Source of the DNA: a virus
Taxonomy: Duplodnaviria; Caudoviricetes
Length of the DNA stretch: 64,000 nucleotides
IMG/VR virus record: IMGVR_UViG_3300025867_000014
Coordinates: 1-64,000 of that record
Direction: 5' to 3' (one strand)
The notes beneath the pieces were generated by a model. That model was not told the origin of the DNA, did no database searches, and saw nothing but the letters and a program-made list of their open reading frames with translations. Position numbers and translations under genes: made by a program. Shown one piece after another: positions 29,458 to 41,000 of this stretch; within the stretch, counting starts at the first letter, position 1, and each line of letters opens with the position of its first letter.

Positions 29458-32400
29458 ATGGAACAAAAACAAAGAATCAGAACAGAAATTGGTAAAGACC
29501 ACAAAATAAATGTTCAACTCAAACAAGAGTTTGGATTATTAGAAATTTTATCATTAAAATTATCGCAACAAGATATATACACATCATTATGTGCTGATTA
29601 TGGCGTTGTATGTGGAAGAGTTACCGTCAATAATGGATATGGTGTACCAAACGCCAGAGTGTCCATTTTTATTCCTCAATTAACAGAACACGAAGAAGAC
29701 CCGGTTATTTCTGCGTTATATCCGTATAAATCATATGGGGATAAAACAGAAGAAGGGTTTAGATATAATCTATTACCCGCTCGAAGACAACATAGCGGGC
29801 ACGCAGCAACTGGAACATTTCCAGACCAAAATGATATACTATCAAGGGAAGATATACTTGAAGTGTATGAAAATTACTACAAATACACTGTAAAAACAAA
29901 CGATGCTGGCGACTTTATGATTTGGGGTGTTCCATTAGGTGAACAACTAATTCATGTTGACTTAGATGTATCAGATATGGGTTGTTTTTCATTAAGGCCA
30001 GACGATTTCATAAGAAAGGGGTTTGGAATTGATGATTTTAAATCCGCATATGAGTTTAAAACAAGTGAAGACCTTGATTCATTACCACAAATTATAACAT
30101 TTGATAAAGGAATAGAAGTTTATCCATTCTGGGGTAGTGAAGATTTGTGTGAAATCGGAATTACAAGGGTGGATTTTGACTTATCTGAAAGAGGATTAAA
30201 AGTTGAGCCAAGCGCAATGGTAATTGGTGGAACATTTACCGATGACGGAAAGAATTCAATAAATAAAAACTGTAAACCACGAAAGAATATGAGTAAAAAA
30301 TGTTCTTTTGTGACAAATGCGGGAAATATTGATGCAATTCGATTTAGTGATAACTATGATATACATAATCTACCAGTATTGGAAGAATATACGGTTACGG
30401 ATGAAATTAATGACGATGGTTCATTCGCAATCAGGCTTCCAATGAATAGGGATTTTTTATACACCACAGAATTTGGTGAAAATGACTATACGAATGACCC
30501 AAATAAAGGTATTCCAACATCTTCGTGCTATCGATTACGATTTACCTTAACCGATGAAGGACTTGAAAGAGTAAGGGCAAGGGCGTCGTATCTCGTTCCA
30601 AACATACGAGAATTTGAGGGGGATGAAGATAGATCATATGCGTGGTCATTACAATTTTCTGGTTATCCACAAGATGCTCAAGGAATGATATTAAATAATG
30701 TGGATGGTGATTACTACCCGCAAGACTATTTTTATAGATTTCAATATGGTAAAGTTTATACCGTATCGTCATTTCAAAGTATGTTATTTGATTCCCCAAA
30801 AAGAATGTTGGGAATAAATGATATTGTACCATCAGAAGATAAGGATTGTAGTAGTAGTGTGGTAACATTTCCAACAAATATGGGAATTAAGAACACATCA
30901 TTTAATTTTCAATTATTATTGTCATTGGTATTAGCATTTTTGCAATTTGTGTTCTCATCAATATCATTAATTGCATACGAATTTATAGGTTCAATTTTAA
31001 AAACAATTAGCAATGTTATTAATATCGATATTTTTGGATGGAAACCATTCGAAACATTATCTGAACAAATATTAGATGCAGCGTTTAATGTTCAAGCAGC
31101 GGGACAAATAGAATTACCATTAACAATATATGATACTTGTGATTTATGTTCAAATGATGATGAAACAGTTACACAAGGATTTGACCCAAATGCGTTTTGT
31201 AAAATTGCTGAACTTGGAATTGATGTCGTTGGCGTAACAGGCGCAACGGGATACACATACTTTATATTACCAACAAATGTGGGGGCAACGGGTATTAATG
31301 AATCAACAGACCCCGGAACATCAATATATAATCCATCGGGTGGCGCAAGGGATTGTGATGGAAATTCAGAGTGTTGTGGATCATATAAAATATCAACAAG
31401 CGGATATTTGGCAATGAATTCATTATCAACACCTAATTCTTATGGTACAATTTATCCAAGATTTTATATCTATATGGGTGGTCATACAGGTGCTCCAATT
31501 GGTTCAACCGACTTTTATATTACAGGCACCACTGTTGATTTCTCACGATACCCAATAGGAACTTATACGGTTAATGCAACGCCAATTACAGGATTTTGTT
31601 TTACAGATACACAAGTAAAATCATTATTTGGTATTGAAAGCGGCTCAACATATTTTCAAAATAATCAAATAACAAGTGGATATTATGGTTATATAATTGA
31701 TAGAGAATTTCCAAAAATTCCTGTTGGTTCGTATACCGGTATAACCGTTGAAGAAGGTTGTGAAATGTATGATACCGTATATAATGAAAAACATATCAAG
31801 CAGTCATATTTGTGGATAAGCGGTACAACGAAGTATGAAAATCCAGAATTACCAGATATTTCACAACGATTGAATAATAGTATTACACCCGGAATCGAAG
31901 AATCGACAACAAAGCCGACATTCGGAAGTGAGTGGTCAATAGGTGCAACTGTTTTCTATAAACCCGGACAAGGAAGATTACCCCGTTATTACGAATTTAG
32001 TAATATATCTGACCAAAGATATAATAGAAAAACAAAAACCGGATATTCCGAATTTAGGGACGGTGTATTTTTAATAGTTCCATCAATTGATGGTCACTGT
32101 AGACAAAACGCATTTGCATTAAGGGAATGGTATAGAAGAAAAGTTATTGGATTGAATTTTTGTGGTGGTGTTGTTAATTTTGCATTTATAGATAATTGGT
32201 TATCTGGAGCATTATATTTCTTCCAATTTAAGGCGAAAATTAAAGATAAAAAAGATGGCCAGAAAGTAAAAGCTTGTCAAACTGTTGTTAGATATTCAGC
32301 AGAAGACGAAAGGTTTTATTACAGGTCTTGCCCATACCGTTATGATTTGAATCCAAATGCTGAGGTTTGGGGTACGGATAACGAAAAAGGTAATTTAAAA

Positions 32401-33546
32401 TACATTGCGCATCCAACAACATTTGTTGATTTAGGGCCAAGGGATGAATTTATTAAAGAAATATGTTTTGATCCATCGTTAGATCCAAATTGTTCCGTTT
32501 CTCGCTCAATCGGGCCAACATCATTTAAAACATTTGGCGAGTTAGTGGCATTTGCTGTTAACTATAAAATGGATGTTAAAGATTCGGATATGCAAATTAG
32601 GGATTTCTTCAAAAATGATGGATTTTATGCACAGTCAAGTAATGGCTTTAGAGGAAAAATATTTAATGGCGATATTTCACAATTAATTTCAGTAAATAGT
32701 GAAGTGGGAATAGATGGATTTGATTTACAAAATCAAAAATATGCTGGATATAGTATATCAACATTAGATCCGGAAGCGCCAGGAGATATTGATGTGTTTC
32801 AAAATTTTACAGGAACATATGGGCCAACACCCATAACATTAAAATATGAAGATGATGGTGTGCGAATAAGACAATGTTTAAATGCTCCGGGATTTCTTAC
32901 CGAATGTTCACAAAAAGTGCCATTTTATCTATGGGATAAAAAAGGTACAGGATTTGGCCCTCACGATATAACTCAATTAGATGACCAATGTTGGGATTAT
33001 AGTCGTATACATACATCATTTTTACAGGGTATGACATATAACTATAAATGGAATCAATTTATACCAAACGGATTAACTGATCCTGATGACCCATACTTAT
33101 TACCACCAATGAGTTATGATTTTCCAGGTTATTTAGTAACAGGAATAACAGCAAGCGCCCCCGGAGCAGAAGAATTTGATGTTGTTGTTTTAACTTCAGA
33201 TCCAAATTATAGTTCAGATGCTAACACAAAACAAGTTTATCAAAGTATGAATCACGGATTTACACTTTTGATTGCGACGGGTGGTACTATAATGGATCCA
33301 ACAGGTGGTAGATTATATATTAGATTGGGTGAGGGTGGAGATTGGTCAAATGCATTTAATGTGACATCAGATTGGACGCCAGATCGATCATATAGTATAA
33401 TGGCAAGTCGTGATCCGTATATTGATAATAAACAAATTCTATCAACGCCATTTATGTTTTATTTTGGGTTAAGGCCAGGTAAAACAGGTTTGGATTTATT
33501 AATACAACGATTTGGCCCTAAAGGGGCATTTAAACCTATTGAATAA
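29458..33546 (+). CDS. Large baseplate/tail-associated structural protein
   Basis: 1362 aa; N-terminal GVVCGRV..GVPNARVSIF transthyretin/carboxypeptidase-regulatory-like segment; Cys-rich middle; late motif upstream. Confidence 0.6.
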   Translation: MEQKQRIRTEIGKDHKINVQLKQEFGLLEILSLKLSQQDIYTSLCADYGVVCGRVTVNNGYGVPNARVSIFIPQLTEHEEDPVISALYPYKSYGDKTEEGFRYNLLPARRQHSGHAATGTFPDQNDILSREDILEVYENYYKYTVKTNDAGDFMIWGVPLGEQLIHVDLDVSDMGCFSLRPDDFIRKGFGIDDFKSAYEFKTSEDLDSLPQIITFDKGIEVYPFWGSEDLCEIGITRVDFDLSERGLKVEPSAMVIGGTFTDDGKNSINKNCKPRKNMSKKCSFVTNAGNIDAIRFSDNYDIHNLPVLEEYTVTDEINDDGSFAIRLPMNRDFLYTTEFGENDYTNDPNKGIPTSSCYRLRFTLTDEGLERVRARASYLVPNIREFEGDEDRSYAWSLQFSGYPQDAQGMILNNVDGDYYPQDYFYRFQYGKVYTVSSFQSMLFDSPKRMLGINDIVPSEDKDCSSSVVTFPTNMGIKNTSFNFQLLLSLVLAFLQFVFSSISLIAYEFIGSILKTISNVINIDIFGWKPFETLSEQILDAAFNVQAAGQIELPLTIYDTCDLCSNDDETVTQGFDPNAFCKIAELGIDVVGVTGATGYTYFILPTNVGATGINESTDPGTSIYNPSGGARDCDGNSECCGSYKISTSGYLAMNSLSTPNSYGTIYPRFYIYMGGHTGAPIGSTDFYITGTTVDFSRYPIGTYTVNATPITGFCFTDTQVKSLFGIESGSTYFQNNQITSGYYGYIIDREFPKIPVGSYTGITVEEGCEMYDTVYNEKHIKQSYLWISGTTKYENPELPDISQRLNNSITPGIEESTTKPTFGSEWSIGATVFYKPGQGRLPRYYEFSNISDQRYNRKTKTGYSEFRDGVFLIVPSIDGHCRQNAFALREWYRRKVIGLNFCGGVVNFAFIDNWLSGALYFFQFKAKIKDKKDGQKVKACQTVVRYSAEDERFYYRSCPYRYDLNPNAEVWGTDNEKGNLKYIAHPTTFVDLGPRDEFIKEICFDPSLDPNCSVSRSIGPTSFKTFGELVAFAVNYKMDVKDSDMQIRDFFKNDGFYAQSSNGFRGKIFNGDISQLISVNSEVGIDGFDLQNQKYAGYSISTLDPEAPGDIDVFQNFTGTYGPTPITLKYEDDGVRIRQCLNAPGFLTECSQKVPFYLWDKKGTGFGPHDITQLDDQCWDYSRIHTSFLQGMTYNYKWNQFIPNGLTDPDDPYLLPPMSYDFPGYLVTGITASAPGAEEFDVVVLTSDPNYSSDANTKQVYQSMNHGFTLLIATGGTIMDPTGGRLYIRLGEGGDWSNAFNVTSDWTPDRSYSIMASRDPYIDNKQILSTPFMFYFGLRPGKTGLDLLIQRFGPKGAFKPIE

Positions 33547-35339
33547 TGGAACAGAAAAGAATTTTACATCCCGAAAAAAGATACGAAAAGGCACCAAGCG
33601 AAGAAATGTCAATTTCTGTAACGCTTCAGGGTAATAGAAAATTATTAACCAACGATGACAGGGATGTTGTATTGAATGTTGCTGAATTATTTAATACAGA
33701 AAGACAAGAAAGTAAAAATTATAAGATATATGGAAAAATAAAAATGGTTTTTCGTAATATGTACAGCGGAGGCACTCAATATGATTATTTACTTCAAAGG
33801 CTTGCTCTTGTTGGTGATGGATCTAATGGAAATTTCGAAGGATATTTACCATATAACGAATTTGCATTTTTAAGGCAAGATGTTCTTCGTGAAACTATAC
33901 CAACGCCAAAAGTAGATGATTATTATGCCTTTACAGGATTTACAACAACAATAACAGGAACAACAGGGTCTACCTTACACAATACAATTACGCCGATAAA
34001 CGCCCCATATTTCAATTGGAATTTACATCTATCATATGTTTATACTCACGACGCTAATTTTCCAATGATGTACACGCTTAGTGGTCACACAGGATTAACT
34101 TGTAACGGTGTTCAATGTATATCTTTTGTTAGTGGTGATGGAATACCATTTAGAGTAACTGAAAATGGTAGTACATATAAATTAACTAGTCCTGTTGAAC
34201 ACGGAATGAATCAGGGGGAATATATTATTCTTGATAATTTTCCATATTATATTAACTATGTTGCAGACGAAACATACAATTCAGACAAATATGTTATAAA
34301 CATAATGAAAAGTCAAATACCATCTGGTGTAACGACATTTTCAAATCTAATAGTAATAGGAAAAAGATGTTTGGATAAGGAAAATATAACAGGAACAACA
34401 TCCCAATATTATGTTCATAAAATGAAAACATTAAGGGGTGTTGATGATTATATTTTGGATAAAGCGGGATTTGAGTCACCAATTTGGAGGGATGAAAAAA
34501 AGATATTATTTGAAAACAGCGAAGGTACAAATGATGTACTTGTTGAAAGAAATCGAATGGAGAGTGTTCTATTTGATATTAAAGAACCGTTTATTTTAAG
34601 TGGATTAACAAATAATTTAGGTTATCTTCCAACGGAAGTTTATATATCCGTAGTATTAAGAAACGGAAACGGATATTTTGTGTATCCACCGAAAGTTGGG
34701 TTTAAATTCAATTTTCATAATTATTGGATTGATGAACATTTTAGTGGAACGGATTCATTAGAAAGCGCATTAACGGGAACACCATTTAGCCGAAATGGTA
34801 ATGGAGAATCGTTTTTATTTACTAGTGGAAATACCATACCAACAGGAACAATATTAACAGGGGCATTCATTGAGTATGTTCCAACGGAAATGAAAGAAAG
34901 AGTTATTTCGGAGTCGTTATATAAATTTTATTGTGATCCTAATAATTTCAATTATGGGCAAACAGGGCAAACCGCAACATTTTCTGGGGCAACCATAGAT
35001 AATCCTTTTGGATATTTCTATCAACCACATTATAGAATAAAATTAAGGGAATTATCACCATATGTGGAGACAACCGATGTTTTAAACATAGAAAACTTAC
35101 CACAAAACGCAAAATATTTTAGTAATGAAAATCTATGGAAATGGCGAGATTTATATGACCACGGATACATCGATGATTTAGGATACGGCACAGATTATCC
35201 ATTCATCAATAATATTCATTATGTTAAGTCTGACATTAATTTTTATTTAAAGAATGAGGAATTATATACAAATAAAGCGGACGGACTATACAGTTTCAAT
35301 GCAACAACCAATAACGGACAAGATAAAATAAATTGTTAA
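33546..35339 (+). CDS. Structural protein (baseplate periphery), [ST]GxT-rich
   Basis: 597 aa; TAATG-coupled within the structural operon. Confidence 0.6.
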   Translation: MEQKRILHPEKRYEKAPSEEMSISVTLQGNRKLLTNDDRDVVLNVAELFNTERQESKNYKIYGKIKMVFRNMYSGGTQYDYLLQRLALVGDGSNGNFEGYLPYNEFAFLRQDVLRETIPTPKVDDYYAFTGFTTTITGTTGSTLHNTITPINAPYFNWNLHLSYVYTHDANFPMMYTLSGHTGLTCNGVQCISFVSGDGIPFRVTENGSTYKLTSPVEHGMNQGEYIILDNFPYYINYVADETYNSDKYVINIMKSQIPSGVTTFSNLIVIGKRCLDKENITGTTSQYYVHKMKTLRGVDDYILDKAGFESPIWRDEKKILFENSEGTNDVLVERNRMESVLFDIKEPFILSGLTNNLGYLPTEVYISVVLRNGNGYFVYPPKVGFKFNFHNYWIDEHFSGTDSLESALTGTPFSRNGNGESFLFTSGNTIPTGTILTGAFIEYVPTEMKERVISESLYKFYCDPNNFNYGQTGQTATFSGATIDNPFGYFYQPHYRIKLRELSPYVETTDVLNIENLPQNAKYFSNENLWKWRDLYDHGYIDDLGYGTDYPFINNIHYVKSDINFYLKNEELYTNKADGLYSFNATTNNGQDKINC

Positions 35340-36181
35340 TGAAAATTGTAACACAAGATAGTGATTTATCTTTGAATTTGAATATTCAAAACGACTTCAA
35401 ACTTGATTTGGGACGAGAAGATAACCTGAAAGATTTCGAATCCGAAACGCTTAGGAATATTATTAACCCAATTGAAAACTATGAAACATCCAGATTCATT
35501 CATAAACCATATTCCGGAATAACAGCCAATCCAAATGATTTACAATCGGATATTTGGTTTGAATTCTATTTTTATAACAATTTAAACACGCCAACACATT
35601 TAGGCGGGATGAATTACGAATTTGTGGGAATCAGTAAATCCGAAAATATGAAGATGTTGAAACAAGCAACCGAAAGTTTCTTCAGATTAGAGTTTTACAA
35701 AGTTCCGAGTGGGCAAAAACCCGAAAAGACAAATAGAAGGTTGGTTTTTGCAAGAAATTTAGCTCTACCATTAGGTGAAAGAATACTTGGAAGAATAGAT
35801 AACCAATATCAATCGATAGAAGATTGGGACTATCTTTTTGTTCCTGTTTTTGTTGGGTCAAACTACAAAAATAAAGAAAATATGTACATATTTTGGTTTC
35901 AAGATGATAGTTCATTCGATGCAGAGCCAATTTTGACAGGAAATACATTTTATATGACGGCAAGATTCTTTAATGCGGATGACGGAACGATACTGAATTT
36001 TTCAAATAAGGATAAAGCAATAACAGATAATATAAATGAAAATGATGATATGTATTTTGAGGTTGAAATAGATAAAACTGATTATTCGTATCAAGTTTTC
36101 AGATATGACGGAGCAAAAGGAGTAAGAATAGGCCAGAGTGGAAACCCAATAAGATTTTATGAAATAGCCGGCGGAGCATAA
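35339..36181 (+). CDS. Structural protein
   Basis: ATG overlaps upstream TAA (TAATG); beta-rich aromatic composition. Confidence 0.6.
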   Translation: MKIVTQDSDLSLNLNIQNDFKLDLGREDNLKDFESETLRNIINPIENYETSRFIHKPYSGITANPNDLQSDIWFEFYFYNNLNTPTHLGGMNYEFVGISKSENMKMLKQATESFFRLEFYKVPSGQKPEKTNRRLVFARNLALPLGERILGRIDNQYQSIEDWDYLFVPVFVGSNYKNKENMYIFWFQDDSSFDAEPILTGNTFYMTARFFNADDGTILNFSNKDKAITDNINENDDMYFEVEIDKTDYSYQVFRYDGAKGVRIGQSGNPIRFYEIAGGA

Positions 36182-36182
36182 A

Positions 36183-37103
36183 ATGGAAGATAATAGATAT
36201 AGAATAGTAAAACCGCTAACAGGGTCAACTATATTCGATTTACCCGTGTTTCTGACGAGCTTTGCAGAGCAGTTAGGGGTAATGGTCGGTTTTGATGGAA
36301 ATGTCGCCCAAGTTGAGGAAACTTCGAATTTCACTTATAGTGGTAATTCTAATACAATAACAATATTCAATACGGTTAATACAAATAAGTTATCATTTTT
36401 GGTAGAGTCTATTTTTACAATTTATTGGGGTGATGGATCATCAAGTGTTTTACCAATGACAGGTATAAATGATTTAAATCTATCGTCAATATCACACACA
36501 TACACGGTAACAGGAGAAACAATAATAAGGGTTACTATTGAATCACCGTGGACGGTAAATGAACTTCAAAAAACCGTTCAAATCCCATTTGTACCATTTG
36601 ATTTTCCAACAGATTTAGGAACATTAACCTTCACGGTTCCATATAGCGACCCACCTGTGACTACATCACAAACATATTTGGTTGACTATAAAACACAAAC
36701 AGGACAAACGCTCGAAACTGTGATAGGATTTCAGGCTGTTGGAAAAAGTAGAGTAGATGAATTCAGACTATATGGAACAGGAAACCAATATTCGGGGATT
36801 ACAATCGTTTCTGGGTACACAGGTTACACGATTGATGGTTTAACATACATTGATACCCCTGACGGGGATACTATCATTACAGGGTCTACAGCTCAATATT
36901 ATGATGATGAGGTGTATAATGGAATGATAACAAGAAATGAACATTTTATTGGATTTGTGGAAGAACCTGACATATATTCCGATGTTTTTGTCGAAAGAGG
37001 AAAAATGGGAGTGATGGAAAAGAATCTTCGTTTAACTGAAATTGATAATACCGGGGAATTAGAAATCTACGGTAATGGATATTTCAATGTACGAAAACAA
37101 TAA
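36183..37103 (+). CDS. Structural protein with PKD/Ig-like segment
   Basis: FTIYWGDGSS...ISHTYTVTG PKD-like motif. Confidence 0.6.
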   Translation: MEDNRYRIVKPLTGSTIFDLPVFLTSFAEQLGVMVGFDGNVAQVEETSNFTYSGNSNTITIFNTVNTNKLSFLVESIFTIYWGDGSSSVLPMTGINDLNLSSISHTYTVTGETIIRVTIESPWTVNELQKTVQIPFVPFDFPTDLGTLTFTVPYSDPPVTTSQTYLVDYKTQTGQTLETVIGFQAVGKSRVDEFRLYGTGNQYSGITIVSGYTGYTIDGLTYIDTPDGDTIITGSTAQYYDDEVYNGMITRNEHFIGFVEEPDIYSDVFVERGKMGVMEKNLRLTEIDNTGELEIYGNGYFNVRKQ

Positions 37104-37161
37104 AAATTATATTTATAAAAAAATACCCGATAAAGAATAAAATTAATTAAATAACAATAAA

Positions 37162-38070
37162 ATGAGTGTTGGTGCATACGGATTAATCAGGCCAGCGGAT
37201 GTTTCACCCGCCGATGTTGATATTATTTTTCACTATGTTGCAAATAGAACAGCAAATTCTCCCGTTACATTGAAGAAATTGACATCAACAGATGTGCTTA
37301 CCCCTGTATTCCACAATGCGGATACCGGTGGAAATGCTGATGTTGAGCTTTTAGGTGGAATGTATAATTTAAAGTTAGATTCTGGGGACTTTTCAGACCT
37401 CGGAATTTACACATTATATATGAGGCCCAAAGAAATAAGAACAGTAATTACAGATTGCGGTGTTTTATCATCTTTACCATCGGTAAGAGGGTTGGTTATA
37501 GATTTAGCCAATGTATCAAGCGATGATAGAAATAAATTTACACCACAAGGATTAGTTGGGTATCGAATTGAATATTTGGATTCAACAACCAACGAAAAAG
37601 TACCAAACATATATAGAATTGTAACATCATCATTTTATTGCGAACCAATTACATCCAATTTATCCAACACAACACAAAAAGCGTTAAGATATAGGTATTC
37701 TGATGTAGCAACGAACTTAATGTTTTTGACATTAACACCAACATCTGCCCCATCATCAAGGCCGAATGTTGTTCCATTTATAGGACAACCTAATCAAAAA
37801 ATTATAATGACAAACACATATTTTAATCCAACAACGATTGAAATAGAATTAGTTGAACACGACTTTACTACATTATCTTACGCATTGTACAGTAATCAAA
37901 GTAAGGCAGTTGCCAGCGGTGTTTACACAGTATATGACAATAATAACAATATCTACAAACAATGGAACTTGTACGAAATTAAAGACGAGTTTAATGAAAC
38001 TCTATATGAAATTAGAGAAAAGAAGACAGATATTGATGAATCATTAAATTTTGACCTTATTACAGAATAA
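37162..38070 (+). CDS. Structural protein
   Basis: 302 aa; late motif upstream; coupled to next gene. Confidence 0.6.
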   Translation: MSVGAYGLIRPADVSPADVDIIFHYVANRTANSPVTLKKLTSTDVLTPVFHNADTGGNADVELLGGMYNLKLDSGDFSDLGIYTLYMRPKEIRTVITDCGVLSSLPSVRGLVIDLANVSSDDRNKFTPQGLVGYRIEYLDSTTNEKVPNIYRIVTSSFYCEPITSNLSNTTQKALRYRYSDVATNLMFLTLTPTSAPSSRPNVVPFIGQPNQKIIMTNTYFNPTTIEIELVEHDFTTLSYALYSNQSKAVASGVYTVYDNNNNIYKQWNLYEIKDEFNETLYEIREKKTDIDESLNFDLITE

Positions 38071-41000
38071 TGGCAACTACAAAAACACCTAATCAATACG
38101 CGAGTGGCGCCGAAACATTTAGTGACAACCTAGTTGGGTTTCAAGTAGTCGATGGTGTAAGTCAAATGACTAACACATCATTTAACATTGATAGAATTAT
38201 ACCAGAAAAGGATAGTAAAACATTTCAAACACAACCTTTTTCTGATTTTTTGACATTGGACACTATTAATCAAGAAGAAAGCCAGCAAGATACCACTAAC
38301 ACAACGACATCATCATCCACAAAAACATCGGATAAGATAAAATTCTACGATGCAAAAGATGATGGGTCAAAATCGTTGTTTGGGTCGCTTAGCCGTAGAT
38401 TAAATGTTGCTGTAAATAATATAATTACAAAATTTCCAGCCGCTTTATATGTTGACATTGATTCACCGATTAAAACAACAAATTTAAGCGCGGAATCGGT
38501 TGTTTATGATTTAAAAACAAAACAAACCACATTTCAAGTACAAAATAGTCTTATTTTTAATCCGTTAGATATTCTTCTTGTTGAACCAAAAAGTAATACT
38601 AAACCAACAACAACAAATACCATAAGAAATTTTTATTCTTCTTATACAAAATATGTTATTGAAATAAGCGGGGCAACTTACAATATTGTAAATTATACCG
38701 AAGTTGATACTACGAATAAAATAACATTACAGGTTAATGGTGATTGTTTTTCAGGTCAAACAGGGTACACAGCAAGTTATTTAATCAGGCCGAATAATGG
38801 TATTGTTGAAGAATTTTATAGTAATCTTGATGAATTAGAAATAATCTTGATGAACAGGGAAACTATTCCAATGTATCAAGCACCGTTCAAAGTCCCAAGA
38901 GATTTAAATGGCGGATCATCAACAGAACTTGTGACTGAAATAGTAACATGGCCGACAACAAAAGACGGGTGGAATCCTCAAATTATGGGGATTGATTTTG
39001 ATTATTATTTGGAGTCATTAGTATCCATTGGGCAAGATATTGACACATATAAATCAAATTTAGTTGTAAGGTTTTTAACAGCACCGCAATTATTTGAATT
39101 TGATACGCCAGAAAACAAGGCCGAAGCAATATTCCAAATATACGGACAAAGTTTCGACCAAGTAAAGAAATTTATTGATAATATTGCGTTTATGCGTAAT
39201 GTTACCTATGATAAAATCAATAATGTACCTGATTTATTGTTAAAGAATTTAGCAACAACATTAGGTTTGTCAACTATTGGATTATTCGATGAAAAATCAT
39301 TACAAGATTCTTTATATACAAGAACTGACACGCAATACATCGGATTAAACATTGGAAAGAATTTAGTTGAAAGTGAATATGAATTTTACAGAAGAATACT
39401 TGTAAATCTGGCTCAATTATTCAAATCAAAGGGAACAAGAATGGCGATTGAATTTTTCTTAAAATTCATCGGCGCACCCGAACCAATGATAAGATTTGAC
39501 GAATACATTTATAGGATAGACGGGCCGCTTCCAAAATCAACATTTGAGGATGATATTAGGGCCGCAATTCAAGGAAACTATGTATCATATAGTGCATTAT
39601 ACACAGGAGCAACGCCTACTGGAAATGTAATTTATGCTCCATTACAAGTTTCTCCACCATTACCACTAGTTGCCCCAAAATATGTTCTTACAGGAACAAC
39701 AGGGTCAACAACATTAACAAGGGATGAGTATCCAGTTGACCCAAATACTGGATTACCAAGAGGAATGCAGTCATCAGATGGATCTGTATTTTTTGAATTA
39801 GGTGCAGGGTGGTATAGAAAAACCATAGACCATAGGTCACACGATATTTTAGATACCGATAATTCAATTCTTACAGGTAGAACAAAAACTATTAAAACGA
39901 TGTCTAAACCATTCACATATGGTGAAGATTATTTTGATTATTACCGAAAACTACCCGGATTAGATTATGGTTATGATTTAACTGCCGAGATTGATAATTC
40001 GAAGACAGAAATAATCAATACTGAAGCAGAATCACGATACATCTTAAACAGAAAAAATATTAATGTATTTTTATCTTCGGATAGGGTGGTTGATTTTGAC
40101 ATTTATACAAAAAGTAGAAATCTTTTATTAACATTTGGAACTATGACCCCGCCAACGGGAATGACATTTGCAGAATTTTTATCCGATTCGATAAGTGATG
40201 TCATTAAAAATAGTAACACGATAAAATATAAGAGATACTATCAATTTTTGGATGAGATATATAACGATTATAAGAATAGTAGTGGATTTACACCATATAA
40301 CTATATCAAAGTAAACGAATTTATTGAAAGAATGAGTCCATATTGGACTGAAATCATCGACCAATTTGTACCAGCAACAACACTTTGGTTAGGTGGTAAT
40401 TTAATTGAAAACGGAACATATAATAGGTCTAAATTCTGGTATCGAAAACCTTGTACTCCAATTGAACTTTCAGAAACACTATATCCCGATTTTAATGCGG
40501 TTATAGAAGAAGATTTGGAAACAATATTAGGTGGTGGAACAACCAAAGGAATAGATACAGCCGAAGCCAATTTAAGGGGTTTATTTACCTTTAGTGGTTT
40601 AACCTATGTATTATATATCGATGTAAATGGACATATTTTTAGTGGTACAACAGACCCTATCACAACCGATTTGTTTACTGGGTTTACTCCAACAGCAGAT
40701 TGTACATCATTAACAAGTTCAACCGAATCAATACCATTGATTTGTGATTATAAAGATTTAATTGAACCAAATATTCCGGGGATAAAAACAATGTGGATAG
40801 CTGGAATACAAGATTTAGTAAATGAAATAAATCTTCAATCAAATGAAACGGGAGTATCAGTACAAGTGATATTCTTTACCGATGAAAATGGTATTGAGAA
40901 AGTCAAATTCATTTTGATGAATGAAGAATGTAAAGAGGGTGAAAATGTTGATTTCTATTTTGAACCTGTTTATAATGTTCCGAAAAGAACTTGTGATTTA

